Shown: positions 25,930-28,902 of the stretch, piece by piece
Position numbering within the stretch: position 1 is the stretch's first letter
Layout of the letters: each line of letters opens with the position of its first letter
Origin: a virus
Length of the DNA: 28,902 nt
Virus record (IMG/VR): IMGVR_UViG_3300045988_042831
Strand: one strand, 5' to 3'
Position numbers and translations under genes: made by a program
The notes under the pieces: model-generated
Told to the model about the DNA's origin: nothing
The model's database searches: none
Seen by the model: only the letters and a program-made list of their open reading frames with translations

Positions 25930-26119
25930 TTGCTTTCGCCTCCTCTGGCATTTCCTCGAGAACCGTAATGCGGATTTTACCGCGCTCGATGCCCTCTTTG
26001 CGCAAATGCTTACCTACAATCTCCATTACATCTCCGCCATTTACGGTAACAGCATCAAACGCGCCGCGCTCGATGTTGCCGCAAAGGCTCACCTGCATGA
26101 CCTGCTTATACTTTGCCAT
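25916..26119 (-). CDS. Hypothetical protein, 67 aa
   Basis: ORF with RBS GGGAGGAAAAG. No family was recognised. Confidence 0.5.
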   Translation of the reverse strand: MAKYKQVMQVSLCGNIERGAFDAVTVNGGDVMEIVGKHLRKEGIERGKIRITVLEEMPEEAKANETV

Positions 26120-26215
26120 TGACTTTTCCTCCCGTTTCTGCTAAACTAATAGCGGTAATTTTGTCTTTGCGTCCCTGTGACTGTTCCCGCAGTCCGGGGC
26201 ACTTTTCTTTTGTTC

Positions 26216-26947
26216 TCATACATCTACCTCGACAAACTCGCCGTTTTCGAGCCTATACCACGTATCAGCTTTGATTCGCACACCGTCAACAATTTCTGCT
26301 TTTACGGCTATTGGTACGTAATTTACGTTATCATCGCATTCCCATTCAGTTAAAACAATCACAGAGTGGAGACCGCCTTTTGCGTTACACCCGTTCCGGC
26401 CAATAATCAGTGATGAGTTGCCGCCCATGAGGTTGCTCTTGTCTCCGCCTAAGAGGTTGCTACCGTTTCCGCCTAAGAGGTTGCTACAATTTCCGCCTGA
26501 GAGGTTGCTCCAGCTGCCGCCTGAGAGGTTGCTATCGTCTCCGCCTGAGAGGTTGCTACAATATCCGCCTGATAGGTTGCTACAATATCCGCCTGAGAGG
26601 TTGCTCCGGATGCCGCCTACGGTCCCCTCTTTGGCTTTTTTGCGGGTGTACTCTATTTGCGCCTTTACAAGCCCAGCAAAGTTAATTTCGCTTTTGAGTG
26701 TTAATTCTGATGATGCTAATTTGCTATCATCATTTTTTGCCTTATCGATTTCGCCTCCCGCTTCTGCCTCAAAAAAACGATTGCCGTTGATATTATGATA
26801 ATACCGCAGCACATCAAACGGAGCCTCACACGAGTGATAGCCTTTATTCCCGCAACGGATCGCGCCGTCATCGACCTCTTTTTTGCCTAGCACGTATTGT
26901 TTGCCTCGGCATTGCATGTTTTTGTCTGTACCCTTGTAAACTTTCAC
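26216..26947 (-). CDS. DUF7666-like N-terminal domain fused to eight tandem 8-residue SNLSGGxx repeats (predicted beta-solenoid)
   Basis: MKVYKGTDKNMQCRGKQY....C..GYHSCEAPFDVLRYY is the family signature as I recall it. Repeats: SNLSGGYC, SNLSGGYC, SNLSGGDD, SNLSGGSW, SNLSGGNC, SNLLGGNG, SNLLGGDK, SNLMGGNS. The GTG start overlaps the upstream stop (GTGA). Confidence 0.7.
   Translation of the reverse strand: MKVYKGTDKNMQCRGKQYVLGKKEVDDGAIRCGNKGYHSCEAPFDVLRYYHNINGNRFFEAEAGGEIDKAKNDDSKLASSELTLKSEINFAGLVKAQIEYTRKKAKEGTVGGIRSNLSGGYCSNLSGGYCSNLSGGDDSNLSGGSWSNLSGGNCSNLLGGNGSNLLGGDKSNLMGGNSSLIIGRNGCNAKGGLHSVIVLTEWECDDNVNYVPIAVKAEIVDGVRIKADTWYRLENGEFVEVDV
26414..26605. repeat. 24-bp tandem repeat x8 (coding, in frame)
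   Basis: Unit ccgcc(t/c)(g/a)a(g/t)aggttgct plus 7 variable nt. Period 24 was verified by hand. Confidence 0.9.
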
Positions 26948-27168
26948 GCTTGTCTTTCCTTTCTGTCTGTTGTCACTGTCTCATACACGCGCACGGCGTC
27001 GCGCCAGCTGCGGTATTTGCCGATGTCGATGACCTCCGCACCGGGGCGGGCGGCTCTTTTCCTTCTTCTCGGCGGCTTTACGGCTCTTTCGAGGATTTTT
27101 TCCGCGCCGTAGGCCAGCGTGATGATCGCGCATCCGGCGACGATACTTCCGCACAAAACTAAAATCAT
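26944..27168 (-). CDS. Small membrane protein (N-terminal TM helix, basic tail), 74 aa
   Basis: MILVLCGSIVAGCAIITLAYG, then ..KPPRRRKRAARPG.. RBS GGAAGAAGGAA. Confidence 0.55.
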   Translation of the reverse strand: MILVLCGSIVAGCAIITLAYGAEKILERAVKPPRRRKRAARPGAEVIDIGKYRSWRDAVRVYETVTTDRKERQA

Positions 27169-27214
27169 GTTTTGTTCCTTCTTCCTGTTTCTTCGTATAG
27201 CGTCTCAATCAGCG

Positions 27215-27376
27215 CTATACAATTTTTTTATGATTTTCTCGGGCTTTTTCGTCCACAAAATATTCCACGCTCACCGGCTCCACGGTTTGCGTTTTGCGGT
27301 TATATCGTCCTACCATGCGGGACAACAATGTCCCGTCTCTGGCGCGCTGCTCTATTGTGTATACCGGATCGCTCAT
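27215..27376 (-). CDS. Hypothetical protein, 53 aa (MSDPVYTIEQRARDG...)
   Basis: ATG at 27376 lies after AAAGGAGG. The longer 119-aa form starting at 27574 was rejected because that part uses rare codons (ATA, AGA, AGG) and contains the long inverted repeat. Confidence 0.5.
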   Translation of the reverse strand: MSDPVYTIEQRARDGTLLSRMVGRYNRKTQTVEPVSVEYFVDEKARENHKKIV

Positions 27377-27426
27377 TTTATCGCCTCCTTTAATTGATAT
27401 GGTACGGTATACCATTTTGTGTATGT

Positions 27427-27554
27427 CCCCGGCCCTACCACCTGCCGCCCAAAGCAAAATTATGCAGTATCTATGTTTGTTCGGACGAAAGGAGTGTACA
27501 TCCATGGTTTTCAAGGGAGGATCAGTTGGTGGGCGGCATGTGGTAAGGCTGGGG
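27427..27554. repeat. Imperfect 24-nt inverted repeat (21/24 complementary) enclosing 80 nt; candidate structured RNA or DNA site
   Basis: ccccggccctaccacctgccgccc (27427-27450) against the reverse complement of gggcggcatgtggtaaggctgggg (27531-27554). Aligned by hand. Confidence 0.75.
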
Positions 27555-27574
27555 GATTCCGAGCAGATAGCCAT

Positions 27575-27787
27575 TTAAGCGCCACTCCTATGGAATAGTT
27601 CATTGGGCGTCACATTCAGGGCAACCGACAGCGCTTCAATATCTGTATCTCTGATAATTTTTCTACCATTTAGAAGGTCGCTGAATTGCTTTTCATTCAT
27701 ACCAATTTTTGCTGCAATCGCTTTGTGTTTCATACCCTTTTCCGAAATGATGCGCTTGGTATTCTCTGCGATAACGGATGTATACAT
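27575..27787 (-). CDS. Cro-like XRE-family HTH regulator, first gene of the early operon
   Basis: ..KRIISEKGMKHKAIAAKIGMNEKQFSDLLNGRK.. HTH_3 pattern. 70 aa. RBS GAGGTGG. A divergent promoter region lies upstream. Confidence 0.8.
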   Translation of the reverse strand: MYTSVIAENTKRIISEKGMKHKAIAAKIGMNEKQFSDLLNGRKIIRDTDIEALSVALNVTPNELFHRSGA

Positions 27788-27827
27788 TTAACCACCTCTT
27801 TTCCTCAAGTTTCTTTATCTTGACTAT

Positions 27828-27856
27828 ATCTTAACTCAAATTTCTTGAATTGTCAA
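27828..27856 (-). promoter_or_regulatory. Early leftward promoter (TTGACA - 17 nt - TAAGAT on the minus strand)
   Basis: -35 is the reverse complement of tgtcaa at 27851-27856. -10 is the reverse complement of atctta at 27828-27833. Confidence 0.6.
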
Positions 27857-27859
27857 GAG
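27844..27859. promoter_or_regulatory. Operator-like palindrome TCTTGA-ATTG-TCAAGA overlapping the -35 of the early promoter
   Basis: 6-bp perfect arms. Related half-sites: TCAAG at 27805-27809, CTTGA at 27819-27823, and the direct repeat AAATTTCTTGAA at 27838-27849 and 27869-27880. Confidence 0.5.
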
Positions 27860-27888
27860 CTTTTTCTAAAATTTCTTGAACCCTTTTT

Positions 27889-27917
27889 TTGACTAATCAA
27901 CATTTTTATGTTTTAAT
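27889..27917 (+). promoter_or_regulatory. Rightward promoter of the repressor remnant (TTGACT - 17 nt - TTTAAT with an upstream TG)
   Basis: ttgact at 27889-27894 and tttaat at 27912-27917. Confidence 0.45.
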
Positions 27918-27955
27918 ATAGACAAAGAAACTCAACTGGCAAGGAGGTGATTCTG

Positions 27956-28045
27956 TTGGGCATAGGAAAGCGAATAAAAGAGGCAAGAGAACGTGCTGGA
28001 TTAACGTCCTTGTCTTCTAAATCAAGATTTTTTAAAAAAATTTGA
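27956..28045 (+). pseudogene. Truncated CI-like XRE repressor: only the first ~17 codons (MGIGKRIKEARERAGLT) are repressor-like
   Basis: RBS AAGGAGGTGA lies 5 nt before TTG at 27956. The HTH helix-1 pattern breaks off at about 28005, and the frame runs into the 133-bp repeat and stops at 28045. Confidence 0.6.
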
Positions 28046-28151
28046 AAAAGTACTTGACTTTATATAGCTGATGCTGTATAATATAAGAGTCAAAAGGACA
28101 AGGACACAAAATAAATTCAATCCAACGGAGGAAACAAAAATGAAAAGAATT
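28019..28151 (+). repeat. 133-bp expression element, copy 1 (UP-like A/T tract, promoter, leader, RBS, codons 1-4)
   Basis: Exact identity with 28770-28902 (offset 751), checked base by base. Confidence 0.95.
28054..28082 (+). promoter_or_regulatory. Consensus sigma-70-type promoter TTGACT - 17 nt - TATAAT (cassette 1)
   Basis: ttgact at 28054-28059 and tataat at 28077-28082. Confidence 0.75.
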
Positions 28152-28334
28152 GAAACTATCGCAAAGAAAATGATCGAAACCGGCTCTACCGAGTATCGCA
28201 CCGCAAAGTACACGTACAGAATTAAAGACCGTATCGACGAAAACGGTGACGGTTACTATAGTTTAGAGTGCACTGAAAATTGGCACCTCGAAGCTTTCCC
28301 GGACAACAGCTGGGAAAGCCTTATGAGAGTTTAA
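28140..28334 (+). CDS. Small protein, 64 aa (MKRIETIAKKMIETGSTEYRTAKYTYRIKDRIDENGDGYYSLECTENW...), cargo of cassette 1
   Basis: ATG at 28140 lies 8 nt after GGAGG (28127-28131). The ORF-track start at 28071 was rejected because it lies inside the promoter. Confidence 0.65.
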   Translation: MKRIETIAKKMIETGSTEYRTAKYTYRIKDRIDENGDGYYSLECTENWHLEAFPDNSWESLMRV

Positions 28335-28401
28335 GTTTGCCGGTTGAAGCATTTGACGCTATGCCGGTTGCCTACGATCCACCGAGTAAAGGAGCTAAAA
28401 A

Positions 28402-28602
28402 ATGACAAACTTACAGCGATTACGTTTAGCCGCCGGATTATCTCAATCCCAATTAGCGAGCAAATCCGGCGTAAACGTCCGAATGATACAGCAATATGAG
28501 TGCAAAAATCGCAACATTAATAAAGCTCAATTTGATACGGTCTGCGAATTGTCCTCTGCCCTATCGATTCGGGCGGAGGATTTGCGAGAAATCGACGAGT
28601 AA
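28402..28602 (+). CDS. XRE-family HTH protein, 66 aa
   Basis: LRLAAGLSQSQLASKSGVNVRMIQQYECKNRNINKAQ.. HTH_3 pattern. RBS AAAGGAG. Confidence 0.8.
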   Translation: MTNLQRLRLAAGLSQSQLASKSGVNVRMIQQYECKNRNINKAQFDTVCELSSALSIRAEDLREIDE

Positions 28603-28606
28603 AAGC

Positions 28607-28645
28607 AAAAACCCCGGTAGCTGATTAGCATACCGGGGTTTTGCC
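28607..28645 (+). terminator. Intrinsic terminator of cassette 1
   Basis: Stem aaaaccccggta pairs with taccggggtttt (core 28612-28619 with 28631-28638), 11-nt loop, followed by a T-tract. Confidence 0.8.
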
Positions 28646-28769
28646 TGTTTGTGCCGAAATTGTCAAAAGGACGGCAAAAACAATTTCATTTCAATCCTAC
28701 GCCCCGTTCCCAGGGCGACATGTTCGGAGGAAATCCGAATGCTTAATAGTATAGCTTGTCTTGCGAAAA

Positions 28770-28902
28770 AAATCAAGATTTTTTAAAAAAATTTGAAAAA
28801 GTACTTGACTTTATATAGCTGATGCTGTATAATATAAGAGTCAAAAGGACAAGGACACAAAATAAATTCAATCCAACGGAGGAAACAAAAATGAAAAGAA
28901 TT
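28770..28902 (+). repeat. 133-bp expression element, copy 2 (continues into base 56 through the circular junction)
   Basis: Exact identity with 28019-28151. Confidence 0.95.
28805..28833 (+). promoter_or_regulatory. Consensus promoter TTGACT - 17 nt - TATAAT (cassette 2, drives the ORF at 44-220)
   Basis: ttgact at 28805-28810 and tataat at 28828-28833. Confidence 0.75.

Larger units (their letters stand above)
1..28902. mobile_element. Complete HK97-like siphovirus-type phage genome, circularly closed (unit length 28,847 bp)
   Basis: Replication, packaging, head, tail and lysis modules are each present once and are syntenic. The window ends overlap by 55 identical bp. There is no host-like flanking DNA. 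Confidence 0.85.

Noticed and set aside
26414-26605. Regular 24-bp periodic repeats that could look like a small CRISPR array
   Set aside because: There are no unique spacers of CRISPR length. Only 7 of every 24 nt vary, the array is in frame within a 243-aa ORF (SNLSGGxx repeats), and no cas genes or leader are present.
27377-27574. The 5' two-thirds of the 119-aa ORF 27215-27574 as coding sequence
   Set aside because: It uses several ATA/AGA/AGG codons that are otherwise rare here, and the peptide is implausible (MAICSESPSLTTCRPPTDPPL...). It contains a 24-nt inverted repeat, and a much better RBS/ATG exists at 27376. It is kept as a possibility in the findings.
27504-27578. Plus-strand 24-codon mini-ORF (MVFKGGSVGGRHVVRLGDSEQIAI) with an AAAGGAG RBS, convergent on cro
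   Set aside because: It lies inside the inverted-repeat element, no promoter was found for the plus strand here, and the RBS-like string is the complement of structured sequence. The evidence is insufficient.
28646-28769. The spacer between the two cassettes as attP, a tRNA fragment or a small RNA (hairpins GCCG-N15-CGGC at 28655-28677 and TTCGGA-N5-TCCGAA at 28723-28739)
   Set aside because: There is no cloverleaf or T-loop consensus and no integrase to use an att site. The hairpins are short and lack flanking promoter or terminator signals.

Overview
The window is one complete, circularly closed tailed-phage genome. Bases 1-55 are identical to 28848-28902, which gives a 28,847-bp unit. About 45 genes, nearly all on the minus strand, follow an HK97-like siphovirus layout. 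Read right to left: Cro-like switch gene (27787); early recombination and replication module (Gp157-like, Rad52-like SSAP, a two-ORF HNHc-like nuclease, DUF4373-type replisome organiser, DnaC-like loader, SSB, RusA); a cluster of Cys-rich mini-proteins; a visibly AT-richer DNA-modification-like island (PAPS-reductase/PP-loop protein plus a C5-methyltransferase-fold protein); an ArpU/RinA-like late regulator; then HNH, TerS (P27 type), TerL, portal, S78 protease, HK97 capsid, connectors, phi13-type major tail protein, frameshifted tail chaperones, tape measure, Dit, Tal and a BppU-type fibre; and finally a lysis cassette (holin, amidase_2 endolysin with ChW-like repeats, suggesting a Clostridia-type host). 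The only plus-strand genes lie between the lysis cassette and the genetic switch, across the circular junction. That region holds a 29-codon remnant of a CI-like repressor, followed by two copies of an exact 133-bp expression element (consensus promoter, leader, RBS and the first four codons MKRI). Each copy is fused to a different small ORF plus a small HTH gene and a terminator. I found no integrase, full-length CI, tRNA, rRNA, CRISPR array or reverse transcriptase. The points most worth follow-up are: the duplicated promoter-to-codon-4 cassettes that replace the lysogeny module; the PP-loop/MTase-fold island; a DUF7666-like protein with eight 8-residue repeats coupled to a small membrane protein; and a 24-nt inverted repeat enclosing 80 nt in the untranslated stretch after the cro-like gene. 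All protein-family calls come from motif recognition by eye and need HMM or structure confirmation.
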